Numbered from the stretch's first letter, positions 40,601 to 55,600 are shown. The stretch is DNA of 64,000 nucleotides from Acanthaster planci (GCF_001949145.1 NW_019091360.1:3639816-3703815); one strand, 5' to 3'. Notes: generated by a model from the letters alone, not told the origin. A program made the numbers and translations.

Positions 40601-43600
40601 TGAACTTCCAGAATCAGTGACAGTTGATGTCACTGCTGAAGAAATCTCAGAAGTTGGTGTCACAGTCAGCAGTGTGTCCAAGAAGAAGCCAGCATTGATC
40701 ACCGCCACTCCCCAAGAAGTGGAACTGACGAAAAAGCCTTCTCCAGATTCACAAGAAGCAATCATTTCACTCAAGAGACTTGGTTCTGTCACAGAAGAAG
40801 AACTTAGAGAAGCTGCTGTAAAACCTTTTCCAGAGAAAGAAGAGGAAGCTGAAGTTTTTGTGAGTGATGAAGTTACAGAAGCAGTACCACAGGAGCTTCC
40901 TAGTGAAGCTGCTGACAAGGCAGGAAAAAGAGTTCCATCTGTCAGAACAGCTCCTGAAGAGGTGGCCATAGTAAAACCTGTCAAGAAACCTGTAGCTGTT
41001 AGGGAAGAGGACAAGGAACAGATTGATCTTGTGTATGAACGGACAGAGTACCTGGATGTCGTAGAGGAGGAAGATCTGAAAGAAGCTGCCTCAAAACAAC
41101 TGCCTTTTGAGAAGGAAGGCGAGGCTGAAGAATTTGTGGTGGGTGAAGTTCCTAAGGCTAAACCAGAGGAGGTTCCTAGTGAAGATGTTTCTTTGGAAGT
41201 TGTGTCAAAGAAAAAGCCATTGCCAGTCAGAGAGGCTCCAGAGGAAGTCACAGTTACAAAGCCAAGACCAAAACTGGATTCATATGAGGAAGAAGAGCTT
41301 CAAGAGGCTGCAGTTGTAAGAGTTGCTTCAGAGGTGGTTGAGGAGTACGAGGATCTTCCAATAGAGGAAACAGAGGCATATTCCCCCGAAACAGCAACTG
41401 CAGCAGTTGACAGAGCTTCCAAAAAGCAAGTGCCACTGAGAGAAGCACCAGAGGAGGTGACACTTGAGCAACCCAAAGCTCGCATGGCTTCTTTTGATGA
41501 AGAAGACCTTAAAGAAGCAGTTTCAATCAGTGTCACCCCTCGAAAGGAAGAGGAAGCTGAAGTCTTGGTAGATTTGGCAAAACCAGAAGAGACAAAATCT
41601 GAGTCAATGCCTTCTGTTGATGTTTCATTAGAGGTTTCCAAGAAGCCTGCTTTTGTCAGGGAAGCTCCCGAGGAGGTTCAAGTAAGGAGACCCCTTGCAA
41701 AAATGGAATCTGTGGAGGAGGAAGAACTTCGAGAGGCTGTGACAGTAAGGGCTGTACCTCAGAAGGAGGAGGATTTAGATGTTGTTGCCCCAGTTGAGAT
41801 ACCGGAGGAGGTTGCCCCAGTTGAAAAAGATATTCCCGGGACAGTTTATGAGAGGAAACCAGTCGTCATCTCACATCCATATGAACCAGAGCCGGAGTAT
41901 TTGCCATCTAGAGAGTTGCTTGAGACTCTCCCGGAGGAACAGCTTGAGACAGCTGTTACAGCAAGAATAATTCCTCGAGATGAATTTAAAGCTGAGGCAC
42001 TGCCTTCTGAAGAAGTGTCACCAGCAGCAGCGACACCGGACAAAACACCAGGCGAAATTTCCCTAGATGTTGGCAAAAAGCCTCTTGTCCATAGCATACC
42101 CGAGGTAGAAAAGGGTCCACAGCTGTTAGAGGTGGAAGGGATTACAGTAGAAGACTTGGAGTCACAGGAGGCCATGGAGGTGGTTGTTGAGGAAGAGGGA
42201 AAAGCAGTGGAGCTACCTGTTGCACCTGTCATTACTGACAAGTTCAAGAGCAAGGTAAGTTTTGAAAATGTCATTTACCTTACTTTTCATGCACTGAACT
42301 ACCAGTCGCTTTCATTAAAACTAGTTCCATTTACATAAATAAGGAGAAATTGGAGGTGTTTTTCCAAAACATTTTTTTCACCTGACATTTTGCCACTTGG
42401 ACAGGAGAATGAGAACATCAAGTATTAGTCCAATTACTTGTTATCCAAATTGAATGTAAAATGTTTTTTGAGGGGGGCGAAAAGGCCTCATCCTAAAAAT
42501 CGTCATCAAATAATCGTGTTTATTGATTTTAACCTTGGATCTGCCTTTTTTTTGCAGAGTGTCAAAGAAGGTAAACCTGTCAAATTTACCTGCACAGTCA
42601 CTGCCACACCGGATACTAAAATTCAGTGGTTCCAGTAAGTCATGGTTTTGCTCACTGCATCAAGAGAGAGGATTATCACTTTTTCAATCCCCCTTTTCCA
42701 CTATTTTTTATGATCTTTAACTCTGAAAATATAAATTTCTTTTTTGGTAAATTTAATGGAAAATGCCGAGAATTATTACTTTTCAGACAGCACACGCGGC
42801 CAAATTTTAATGGTAATCTTATTTTGATCAGTTTATGTTTCAAGGAAATCTACATCTGTCAGTGATTTGTCTTTTAACGGAAGCAGTTTGGGCAAGTTTA
42901 CAAAATAGCCACATAATTGCTGCTTTATGTGTATGAATGTTCTGAAGTCTTTATGATGATGTTCAGTCTTAGCTATATCTTGCGGATTGGATTTTCTTTA
43001 GTCATTTGTTTATTTGTGTTTTTTTAAGTGAACAAAAACTTCTTGAGTCAACAACCAGGCACATCCAAACCTTTGAAGAAGGAGTTGCAACTCTTGAGAT
43101 CCCACAGCCGAGGCCTAAGGATGTTGGTGAATACAAGTGCATTGTGGTTAATGTAGCTGGCGAAGATGTCTGCTCAGCTAAGCTCACTGTCACAGGTAAG
43201 ACCTTGGATTTGAAGTTCCACATATTTCATTCATCACGTATTAATTGAGATTTTCTCTTTCTCAGTTTTGTCAGCCAATATTTGAAAGCTTAAACTAGAT
43301 ATAGATATTCCCAGCACTCCCAATAGCCTATCATGTGACTGTAGTAAGTCAAATATCAATTAAACGATTTAGGTTTGTTTTGCAGTAAATCCAGCAGATA
43401 TCTTGTAGGCCCTTTCATTTCTCAGTAGCATTGTTGCCCCTTAAAATATGTATATATGCATAACTCTATTTCCAAGGATAGTTTTCACCGGGGAGATGTT
43501 AATTAATTTTAGATATTTACCCTGCCCAACATGTATACGTCGGTTAGGGCAAGAATCTAAAATAAAGTAAATGCACATTCCTTTTAAGACAAAAGCATGA

Positions 43601-46600
43601 CCTCAAAGATGAATTTGTTAACTTTTTGGTTTAATTAACTTATATTTGAGTTATTCTGTACCTTACAGAAGTCAAGCAAGCTCCTTCTTTCACGGAAAAA
43701 CCTGAAGTCCCTGAGACCCCCGAAAGTAAGTTTGCTATGCATTTTCTTGTGCATAGAATTGTTTCAAAATAGTTTGAAGGAAAGACATCCAAAAGGAAAA
43801 ATAATAATGCCAAGACAGATTTGGTACACTACTATTTGGTAATTTCTTTTCTTTCTGTAGCCACTGATGCTGTTTTCAGATGCAAAGTTGATGGCTTCCC
43901 CAAGCCCGCCGTCACATGGAACAAAGGATGGAAACAAATAAAAACAGGAGGGCGCTTCTCAATCTCATTTGATGAGGATACAGAAGAGAGCATCCTCACG
44001 ATTAAGGAAACAACTTCAGCAGATGCTGGAAAGTACACCTGCTACCTCAAGAGTCCTCTTGGGGAAGACAGCGCTTCCGTGAGTCTCAAAATCACTGAAA
44101 AACCCAAAGAGGAACTAGCTGAACAAGTGCCTGTAGAAGAACTGGAGGAGGTTGAGGTTCTCATGGAGATATCTAAGCCTAAAGAAATCAGCCCTGAAGT
44201 TGTACCTGTTAAAGGGCCTGAAGAGATACTTCCTGAAAAGAAGCCAACTGTAAGAGAAGCTCCTGAAGAGGTCGAGAAAGTTCTCAAGCCTCAAGTTTCT
44301 TTAGATGCTGTCTCAGAAGAAAAGCTAGAAATTGCAGGGGTTGCCAAAGTGCCGGACACTGAACATGTTCAGATTCTTGTTGAGACTGGAAAGCCTGAGG
44401 AAGTCGTTGTTGAACTTGCAGAAGCTCCAATAGAAGTAACTCCTGAAAAGAAGCCAGCTGTTATTTCCGTGCCAGAAGAGGTAGTGGCCAAAGTACCAGC
44501 AACTCAGACAGCAATGGAAGCTGTCGTGGAGGAACAGCTGGAAACGGCAGTTATAGCTAAGTTTGTTCCTAATGAAGAAGATGAAGTTGACGTTCTGGCT
44601 GAGATCAAGAAGCCTGAGGAGATCACACCTGCTGTTGTTTCCATCGAAGAAGCTCCTGAGCATATCAAAACCAAGAAGAAGCCATCATTCATTATTGCCT
44701 CTGAGGATGAAGTCTCCATCAAGCCAAAACCTAAACTTGCACTTGAAGGGGTCACTGAGGAAAAGCTGGAAACAGCTGTAACAGCAATGGTGGCACCTCA
44801 ACCAGAAGAACAAGTTGAAGTCTTGGCTGCATTCATGAAGCCAGAAGAAGCTGTTCAAACTGAGGAGGAGATTCCTAAAGAGGTTAAGCCAGAGGAAAAG
44901 CCTGCCATCATATCAACCCCAGAGGAAGTGGTTGCTGCAGCACCTGCACCACAGGAATACCTTGAGATAGTTGCTGAAGAGGAATTGGAGACCGCTGTTA
45001 CCAGAGTTGCTCCTCAACCTGAAAATGAAGCTGATTTGCTTCCAGCTGTTCAGAAGGTCACTCCAACGGAAGCTGTTGAAGCAATAACCCCATCAGAGGT
45101 AACTCTTGATGTCCCTGAGAAACCACCAACTTTGAGAGGTTTACCAGAGAAGGAAATACTTCCAGAACAGCTTTTGGAAGCTGAGGTTTTCCCAGAAGAA
45201 GAAATGGAGAAACATGAGGCCGTTGAAGTTGTTGTGGAAGAAGAAGAGAAGGTCGAGGTAATGCCAGTTGCACCTGTCATTACTCACAAGTTTAAGAGCA
45301 CGGTAAGTCATGCGAACAGCAAGCACATTTCTATCATCAAGAGTTCTTCGAAAGTTGACAAGATTACAGAACTTGAGAAATATATAATTGTATTAATTTG
45401 CTGCTTTTCTTTTTCCAACAGCCACTTTGTGTGTCTTATTAATTGTTTTTAATCTTTGTAGGGACGTTTCTAAATAAGTTGACAACAAATGGGAAGATGG
45501 TTGTATATTGGGTGGCTTGAAACTTTGTTCAGTGTGTCAAATAAGAGTTATGAAAAATAAAAATAATCATGCATTTTCCATTGCATTAACTGATCAGTCA
45601 GTGTTACTTTTCTGTTCAAATAATTTCTATTCGTTTTCAGACTGTCAGAGAAGGGAAGCCAGTGAAGTTTGTTTGCACTGTTATTGGAACACCCAAACCT
45701 GAGATCAAGTGGTTCCTGTAAGCATACTTATGATAACCCTAATTTTAATCTAATTCTTATAATACCATTGCAGCATTCTTTGTGAATAAATAAATTGTTT
45801 TATTTACAAACCAAACAAACAATTTCAACAAGTGTTAGTGATCAACATAAAAGAAGGGATGAAAAACCTTAACAATTTTCAAATTTCTTCATTTAGAAAC
45901 AAGGAAGTACTTGAGGCAAGTGCTCGTTTCATCCAAACCTTTGAAGAAGATGTTGCCACATTGACAATTGAGCACCCAAAACCCAAGGACGCTGGAGAGT
46001 ATAAGTGTGTGGTCATCAACTCAGCGGGAGAGGACATCTGTAATGCCAAACTGACTGTCACAGGTACGGCTGGTTAGTTTTTGTTTCCAAAACTGTCATG
46101 TGACAGTTGTGACCGTCTGTGTCACCACCTCTCCTACCCGTGAAGGAATAACCTGAATAATTGTCAGATAAGAAGCTTGTACTTATGTGCATTGCATATT
46201 TCCAGATTCCACTCATTTGTATTATGATTTGTGGTAACTTCACAGAAATCAAAAGAGGGCCTTCATTCACCAAGAAACCACAGGTTGAAGATACCCCTGA
46301 AGGTGAGAAGCATGCATTCATGGCTTCAAAATTCTCATAGTCCCAATGTAATCATTTTATCTCCATTCTTAAATGTTACCTTTGGTTATTCTGATTATTT
46401 AAACATTTTATTTGTTGTGTATGAAAGGAACTGAGGCAGTCTTCCGATGCAAGGTTGATGGTTTCCCCAAACCTACAGTTACCTGGAACAAAGGTTGGAA
46501 ACAGATCACTACAGGAGGAAGATTCAGCATCAGCTTTGATGAGGACACTGAAGAAAGTGTCTTGTCAATCAAGGACACTGCCCCTTCAGATGCTGGGAAG

Positions 46601-49600
46601 TACACTTGCTATCTCAAGAACCCTCTTGGACAGGAGAGCTCAACTGTGAGTCTCAAAATCACTCCCACGCCTGAGGAGCAACTGGAGGAGGATGAGGTCA
46701 CTCCCAAGCCAGAAGTAAAGCCAGAGGAGTGGGCACTTGTCCATGAGGTGGAGCAAGTTGAGGTGATACCTCAGGTTTCAAAGCCGGAGGAGGTTACACC
46801 TGAAGTGGTAACTGTTGAGGAGGTTGAAGAGAAACCGAAAGCAGTTGAAGCAGTGGTGAACGAACAAGCTGAGACTGAAGTAGCATTCAAGGTCAGGCCT
46901 CATGTCAGTGAAGAAGTAGTTCTTCCAGTTAGCACTGAGCCTGAACAAATTACTCTCGAAATTGTCCCAGAAATCACTCCAAAGCCTGAGGAAAAACCTG
47001 AGGAAGAAGACAAACCAGAAGGAAAGCCAAAGGAGCCAAATTCTTTGAAGATTCCAGAGCAAATTGAAGTTATTCTCGAGGTTCCAAAACCAGAGGAGGT
47101 TCCTACTGAAATGGTTGCTTTACAAGAAATAGAAGCACAACCTGAAGAGACAGATAAAGTCCATACTTCCAAAGTTGACATTGAAGCAGTGGTGGAGGAA
47201 CAAGCTGAGACTGAAGTAACATTCAAGGTCAAGCCTCTTGTCAAGGAAGAAGTGGTTCTTCCAGTAAGCACTGAGCCTGAGGAAGTCAGTGTGGAAGTCG
47301 TCCTAGAAGAGGAGACCAAACCTGAGGAAGTTCCTGAAAGGAAGCCGACCTTCACTGTGAGTTCTGAAGAGGAAGTCAGCAAAGTTTTTAAACCTACAGT
47401 TTCTGTGAAGGCTGAGGAACAGGTGGATTCAGCAGTTACTGCCCAGTTCAAGCCTCGCCAAGAAGAAGAGGTTGAAGTGCAAGCTGCATTTAAGAGACCA
47501 GAAGAAGAAATCCCGGCAGCTGTTCCTGTAAAAATAGCAGCTGCTAAACCTAAGCCAACCTTTGTTGAAGAGGAGCTTCCTTATGCCGCTCAAGCCTATC
47601 CGGAAAAGTTGGAAGGTCTTCCAGAGGAAGAACTAGAGACAGCAGTCACTAAACATGTTGTACAACCCACAGATGAAGCTGGTGTACTTCCTTCCAGGGA
47701 GGAGGTAGTTCCTTTGACAGCTACTACCAAATTAGCCCCTACTGAGGTCTTAGACATCTCTGAGAAGAAGCCAGAAAAGATCAGAGGCTTTCCAGAGAAA
47801 GAGGCTGTGCCTGAAGAGTTGGAAGAGGTAGAAGCCATTCCAGAAGTAACATTAGGGAAGCTGGAAGCTGTGGAGACTGTCGTTGAAAGTGAAGAGAAGG
47901 TTGAAGAACTTCCTGTTGCACCTGTCATCCTCCACAAGATCAGAGACAAGGTCAGTTGCTGGAAACCACATTTTGGATTAAAATTTCGTTTTTTGTGCAA
48001 AAAACATGTCATAGTTTATCTTTTGTTCTAATCGAACAAAGAACCTGTAACTTTATATTTTTCAATCGTAATCATTACTTTATTTTGTTTATTTCATTTT
48101 CCAGAGCACCAAAGAAGGGAAGCCAGTGAAATTTACTCTCACTGTAACTGGAAGACCCCAGCCGGAAGTCAAGTGGTTCTTGTAAGATTCAATTCTGAAA
48201 CTTTTGATACATAAATTTTATGTGGTCGGGGCTATGCCCTGTTCGTTAATTCCCCTTGTTAAATTCCATTTTTTTATAACTATCTGTACTCGTGTTTTCT
48301 TTCATCTCTGCAGAAACAAGGAACTTCTTGAGGCAAGTGCTCGTTACATCCAAACCTTTGAGGAAGATATTGCCACATTGACTATTGAGCATCCAAAACC
48401 TAAGGATGCTGGAGAGTACAAGTGTGTGGTTGTCAACACAGCAGGAGAAGACATCTGCAAAGCCAAGTTGACCGTGATTGGTAAATTCTTTGGGGAATTG
48501 GAATCTTGATGAGAGGGATATGCTTCAATTTTGGTCATTTTTGTTCAACACTTCCTTTTGAAAGAAATAATGTTAAGCAAAAGTACATCCATTTTTTAGC
48601 AAAAAAGTAGTTGATTCCTTTAAGTTTTTATAAGAAAAAATTAGTTTTACAGCTTTCAAGTTGCTTGCTTTGTCAGTAATCAGTAAATACTGTTGGAAAT
48701 TTCATATCATTCTTTCTGAAGTGATCAGCGTTGGCATAGTTTACTTCAAATCTTGAAAATTCTTTTTTTTCACCAAAAGAAGTACCATGGAAGACTTGAT
48801 TTTTAATCATGGCAATGGCTTTTTTAATCTCTGCTAACTTAGAAGTCAAAAGAGGACCATCATTTGCCGAGAAGCCACAGGTTGAAGATACACCTGAAGG
48901 TGAGAATAGCTATTTTCCCTGAAATTGTAATTTTAAGATAAAAATGCCTCAACTAAACTTTTGTTTAGTTTAAGTTTTGTTAACCTGTCATTTTTCTGAA
49001 TTAAAAAAAATGTTTTTTGTTTTCATGAAAAAAGGTAATGAAGCCATATTCCGATGCAAGGTTGATGGTTTCCCCAAACCTGAAATTACATGGAACAAAG
49101 GTTGGAAACAGATTACAAGTGGAGAAAGATATGCTATCACCTTTGACGAGGATACTGATGACAGTGTCTTGACAATTAAGGACACAACCCCCTCAGATGC
49201 TGGGAAGTACACTTGCTATCTGAAGAGTCCTCTAGGACAGGACAGCTCCACAGTGAGTTTAAAAGTCACACCTAAGCCCGAAGAGAAACCTGAGGAAGAA
49301 GACAAACCAGAAGAAAAGCCTGAGGAGAAAGCTCCAGTCCCAGAAGTTGAGCAAATTGAGGCAGTGCCTGAGGTTTTGAAACCAGAGGAGGTTCCGACCG
49401 AAGTAATTTCTGTTGAGGAGGTCGAAGCAGTCCCTGAAGAGAAACCAAAGGTCCCATCAGCCAAAGTTGACATTGAAGCAGTGGCAGAGGAACAAGCTGA
49501 GACTGAAGTAACATTCAAGGTCAAGCCTCATGTCAAGGAAGAAGTGGCTCTTCCAGTAAGCACTGAGCCCGAGGAAGTCAGTGTGGAAGTTGTCCCAGAA

Positions 49601-52600
49601 GAGGAGACCAAACCTGAGGAAGTCCCTGAAAGGAAGCCGACCTTCACTGTAAGTTCTGAAGAGGAAGTCAGCAAAGTTTTTAAACCTAGAGTTTCTGTGA
49701 AGGCTGAGGAACAGGTGGATTCAGCAGTTACTGCCCAGTTTAAGCCTCGCCAAGAAGAAGAGGTTGAAGTGCAAGCTGCATTTAAGAGACCAGAAGAAGA
49801 AATCCTGGCAGCTGTTCCTGTAGAAAAAGCAGCCGCTAAACCTAAGCCAACCTTTGTTGAAGAGGAGCTTCCTTATGCAGCTCCAGCCTATGCGGAAAAG
49901 TTACAAGGTCTTCCTGAGGAAGAACTAGAGACAGCAGTCACTAAACATGTTGTACAACCCACAGATGAAGCTGGTGTACTTCCTTCCAGGGAGGAGGTAG
50001 TTCCTTTGGTAGCTACCACCAAATTAGTCCCTACTGAGGTCTTAGACATCTCTGAGAAGAAGCCAGAGAGGATCAGAGGCATGCCAGAGAAAGAGGCTGT
50101 GCCTGAAGAGTTTGAAGAAGCAGAAGCCATTCCCGAAGTAACACCAGAGAAGCTGGAAGCTGTAGAGGCTGTTTTGGAGAGAGAGGAGAAAGTTGAGGAA
50201 CACCCTGTTGCTCCCTTCATTCTCCACAAGATCAGAGATAAGGTCAGTTGTTGGACCTTAATTCTTACTTGGAGGGTTACAGATCTTTGTTGTACAGGGA
50301 ACTGTTCATAGTTTATCTGTTGTTATGTTGTATGGAATTAACTTTAATTCTATTTCGTATATTCAAAATTTATATTTATCTTTTAAATTAATTTTACATT
50401 TTACAGAGCACCAAGGAAGGGAAGCCTGTGAAGTTTACTTGTACTGTAATCGGAACACCCGAGCCAGAGATCCAGTGGTTCCTGTAAGATTTAAATCAGA
50501 ATCATTTGATACCTGTAAAAGTTAAATGTGGTTAGTGTAGGTTCAATCCATTATTTAACTAATCATATTTGATTGGTTTTGTTATTATCACCTGCAAGGA
50601 CATTTCTGTCTTCCCTATTGACATACAGAAATAAGGAACTACTAAAGGCAAGTACTCGTTTCATCCAAACCTTTGAGGAAGATGTTGCCACACTGACAAT
50701 TGAGCATCCAAAACCCAAGGACGCTGGAGAGTACAAGTGTGTGGTCATCAACACAGCAGGGGAAGACGTCTGCACAGCAAAGTTGACAGTGATTGGTAAA
50801 TTCTTCTCAGGCATTGGTGTTTGGATTGGTGTGTTTTACACCCAGTTTGTTATTTTGTGGACACTTTTTTTGAAATGAAGACTCTCAGCCGCAAACTACA
50901 GCATTTACTGTAATTAAATAGGAAACTGATTCTCTGAGGTTCATTTTAAAGTGAATCCTCCTCACAACATTCAAGTAGGTTGCCATGCTGGAAGGTTGTG
51001 GGAAAATCTGTTTTTAGTTTGATCTTGTTTCTGTTGTAAGGTTTACAAGCCATTTGTACGCCTGACTTTAAATGTTGGTAATTCTTTTAGTTTACTAGAA
51101 GAAGTGTTCTGAACTGTTTAAATAAGACATTCATGTTTATAATTTCTGCTAATTTAGAAGTCAGAAGGGGACCATCATTTGCTGAGAAGCTACATGTTGA
51201 AGATACACTTGAAGGTGAGAACAACTGTACTTTGAGCCAGATGTTCATTTGATTTCAGTTTCTTTACTTTGTCCTTAAAAAATTGTTTGTTTGTGTTAAA
51301 AGGTACTGAAGCGATTTTCCGATGCAAGGTTGATGGTTTCCCAAAACCTGTTATTACCTGGAACAAAGGTTGGAAGCAGATAACAACTGGAGGAAAGTTT
51401 GCTATCACCTTCGACGAGGATACTGAAGAAAGTGTCTTGACAATCAAGGACACAGCCCCCTCAGATGCTGGGAAGTACACTTGCTATCTGAAGAGTCCTC
51501 TAGGACAAGACAGCTCCACAGTGAGTTTAAAAGTCACACCTAAGCCTGAAAAGAAACCCGAGGAAGAAGATAAACGAGAAGAAAAGCCTGAGGAGAAAGC
51601 TCCAGTCCCAGAAGTTGAGCAAGTTGAGGCAGTGCCTGAGATTTCCAAACCAGAGAAGGTTCCTACAGAAGTAATTTCTGTTGAGGAGGTCGAAGCAGTC
51701 CCTGGAGAGAAACCAAAGGTCCCATCAGCCAAAGTTGACATTGAAGCAGTGGCAGAGGAACAAGCTGAGACTGAAGTAACATTCAAGGTCAAGCCCCATG
51801 TCAAGGAAGAAGTGGTTCTTCCAGTTAGCACTGAGCCCGAGGAAGTCACTGTGGAAGTTGTCCCAAAAGAAGAGACCAAACCTGAGGAAGTTCCTGAAAG
51901 GAAGCCGACCTTCACTGTGAGTTCTGAAGAGGAAGTCAGGAAAATCTTTNNNNNNNNNNNNNNNNNNNNNNNNNTCAAGGTCAAGCCCCATGTCAAGGAA
52001 GAAGTGGTTCTTCCAGTTAGCACTGAGCCCGAGGAAGTCACTGTGGAAGTTGTCCCAAAAGAAGAGACCAAACCTGAGGAAGTTCCTGAAAGGAAGCCGA
52101 CCTTCACTGTAAGTTCTGAAGAGGAAGTCAGGAAAATCTTTAAACCTAAAGTTTCTGTGAAGGCTGAGGAACAGGTGGATTCAGCAGTTACTGCCCAGTT
52201 TAAGCCTCACCAAGAAGAAGAGGTTGAAGTCCAAGCTGCATTCAAGAGACCAGAAGAAGAAATCCCGGCAGCTGTTCCTGTAGAAAAAGCAGCTGCTAAA
52301 CCTAAGCCAACCTTTGTTGAAGAGGAGCTTCCTTATGCAGCTCCAGCCTATCCGGAAAAGTTAGAAGGTCTTCCAGAAGAAGAGCTAGAGACAGCAGTCA
52401 CTAAACACATTCTGCAGCCAACAGATGAAGCTGGTGAACTTCCACCCGCAGAGGAGGTAGTTCCCATTGAAGCTACTCCCAAATTAACTCCTACAGAGGT
52501 CCTAGACATCTCTGAGAAGAAGCCAGAAAAGATCAGAGGCTTTCCAGAGAAAGAGGCTGTGCCTGAAGAGTTGGAAGAGGTAGAAGTTATTCCAGAAGTA

Positions 52601-55600
52601 ACACCAGAGAAGCTGGAAGCTGTGGAGACTGTTATGGAGAGAGAAGAGAAGGTTGAGGAACTTCCTGTTGCACCCGTCATCCTCCACAAGATCAGAGACA
52701 AGGTCAGTTGCTGGAAACCACATCTTGGAGAGTTTCATTTTTTGTGCAAGAAATGATTCATAGTTCATCTGTTGTTCTAACCGAACAAAGAACCTGTAAC
52801 CTTTTTAATCGTAATCATTTCTTTAATTTTTTTTCAATTTCATTTTCCAGAGCACCAAAGAAGGGAAGGCAGTGAAATTTACTTGCACTGTGACTGGAAC
52901 ACCCCAGCCTGAAATCAAGTGGTTCTTGTAAGATTCAGTTCTGAAACATTTGATAACATCAATTTTAGGTGGTCAGGGCTCTGCACTGTTCGTTAATTTC
53001 CCTTGTTAAACTCCATTTTTTGATAACCATCTGTAAATATGTTTTCTTTCACCTCTGCAGAAACAAGGATCTTCTTGAGGCAAGTACTCATTTCATTCAA
53101 ACCTTTGAGGAAGATGTTGCCTCATTGACTATTGAGCATCCAAAACCTAAGGATGCTGGAGAGTACAAGTGTGTGGTCGTCAACACAGCAGGAGAAGATG
53201 TCTGCAAAGCCAAGTTGACCGTGATTGGTAAATGCTTTGGAGAATTTGTATCTTGATGAGAGGGATATGCTTCCTTTTTTGTCATTTTTCTTCAACACCT
53301 CTTTTTGAAAAAAATAATGTCAAGCAAAAGTACATGAGCATTTAGAAAAAAAAAGTTGATTCCTTGAAGTTATTTAGAGAGAAATTATTTTTACACCTTT
53401 CAAGTTGCTTGCTTTATCAGAAATCAGAAAAACCTGGTGGAAATTTCATCTCATTCTTTCTGAAGTGATCAGCTTTAACATAATACTTCAAATGTTGAAA
53501 AGCTTTTTCCTTCACCAAAAGAAGTAGCACAGAAGACTTGATTTTCTAATCATGGCAATGGCTTTTTTGATCTCTGCTAATTCAGAAGTCAAAAGAGGAC
53601 CATCATTTATCGAGAAGCCACAGGTTGAAGATACACCTGAAGGTGAGAATAGCTGTTTTCCTTTAAGTTTTAATTTAAAGATAAAAAATACATAAAATTA
53701 CCATTCATTTAGTTTAAGTTTTGTTAACCTGTCATTTTTCTGAATTAAATTTTTTTTAAATTGTTTGTGTGAAAAAAGGTAATGAGGCCATCTTCCGATG
53801 CAAGGTTGATGGTTTCCCCAAACCTGAAATTACATGGAACAAAGGTTGGAAACAGATTACAAGTGGAGGAAGATTTGCTATCACCTTTGACGAGGATACT
53901 GATGACAGTGTCTTGACAATTAAGGACACAACCCCCTCAGATGCTGGGAAGTACACTTGCTATCTGAAGAGTCCTCTAGGACAGGACAGCTCCACAGTGA
54001 GTTTAAAAGTCACACCTAAGCCCGAAGAGAAACCTGAGGAAGAAGACAAACCAGATGAAAAGCCTGAGGAAAAAGCTCCAGTCCCAGAAGTTGAGCAAAT
54101 TGAGGCAGTGCCTGAGGTTTTGAAACCAGAGGAGGTTCCTACAGAAGTAATTTCTGTTGAGGAGGTCGAAGCAGTCCCTGAAGAGAAACCAAAGGTCCCA
54201 TCAGCTAAAGTTGACATTGAAGCAGTGGCAGAGGAACAAGCTGAGACTGAAGTAGCATTCAAGGTCAAGCCCCATGTCAAAGAAGAAGTGGTTCTTCCAG
54301 TAAGCACTGAGCCCGAGGAAGTCAGTGTGGAAGTTGTCCTAGAAGAGGAGACCAAACCTGAGGAAGTTCCTGAAAGGAAGCCGACCTTCACTGTGAGTTC
54401 TGAGGAGGAAGTCAGCAAAGTTTTTAAACCTAAAGTTTCTGTGAAGGCTGAGGAACAGGTGGATTCAGCAGTTACTGCCCAGTTCAAGCCTCACCAAGAA
54501 GAAGAAATTGAAGTGCAAGCTGCATTCAAGAGACCAGAAGAAGAAAAACCGGCAGCTGTTCCTGTAGAAAAAGCAGCTGCTAAACCTAAGCCAACCTTTA
54601 TTGAAGAGGAGCTTCCTTATGCAGCTCCAGCCTATCCGGAAAAGTTGGAAGGTCTTCCAGAAGAAGAGCTAGAGACAGCAGTCACTAAACACATTCTGCA
54701 GCCAACAGATGAAGCTGGTGAACTTCCATCTGCAGAGGAGGTAGTTCCCATCGAAGCTACTCCCAAACTCGCTCCTACAGATTTCTTAGACATTTCTGAG
54801 AAGAAGCCAGAAAAGATCAGAGGCTTTCCAGAAAAAGAGGCTGTGCCTGAAGAGTTGGAAGAGGTAGAAGCCATTCCAGAAGTAACACCAGAGAAGCTGG
54901 AAGCTGTGGAGACTGTTATGGAGAAAGGGGAGAAGGTTGAGGAACTTCCTGTTGCACCCGTCATCCTCCACAAGATCAGAGACAAGGTCATTTCTAGATC
55001 TTAGTATTTCAGCAAATTTGACTAGCATTATTAGAACTATCTTGCCCATTTATCTATGCAAACACTTTATTTTAAGCCTTCATTAAACAAATGTTATATT
55101 TGCCCCACCAAACATCACATGTCATGAAAAGGTCATGTGTAGTTTTCTAATCAGCATACACTTTTTACTCTGCAGAAAGTGAAAGAAGGAACACCCATGA
55201 AATTCACATGCACCGTTTCTGGGGAACCCAAGCCGGAAGTCCAATGGTTCAGGTAGCCTGGTCAATTTCTTTCCATAGACTTTCATGTATGGTACTATGG
55301 GCCCTTTTTGCATAGATGTTTGACCAAGAGACATCAAGATATGCACCTAATGTGTACACTATGACTGTCTGGAAATGATGATTTCTTATTGATGACATGC
55401 TGTTATTGTAAAGACAATCACTTTCAACTGTTTGAAATTCCTTTCCATGTTTTGCCAACTTATAGGGCTTTCCACTGCACACTAATAATTTAACTTATTG
55501 AAAATAGCTTAAATAAATTAAGTTGTTTTTTATCTTAGAATAAATGCCAGAAGCCAGTTTGGAGACTGGCGACTATAATTAATTGATTTCTTCCACAGTT

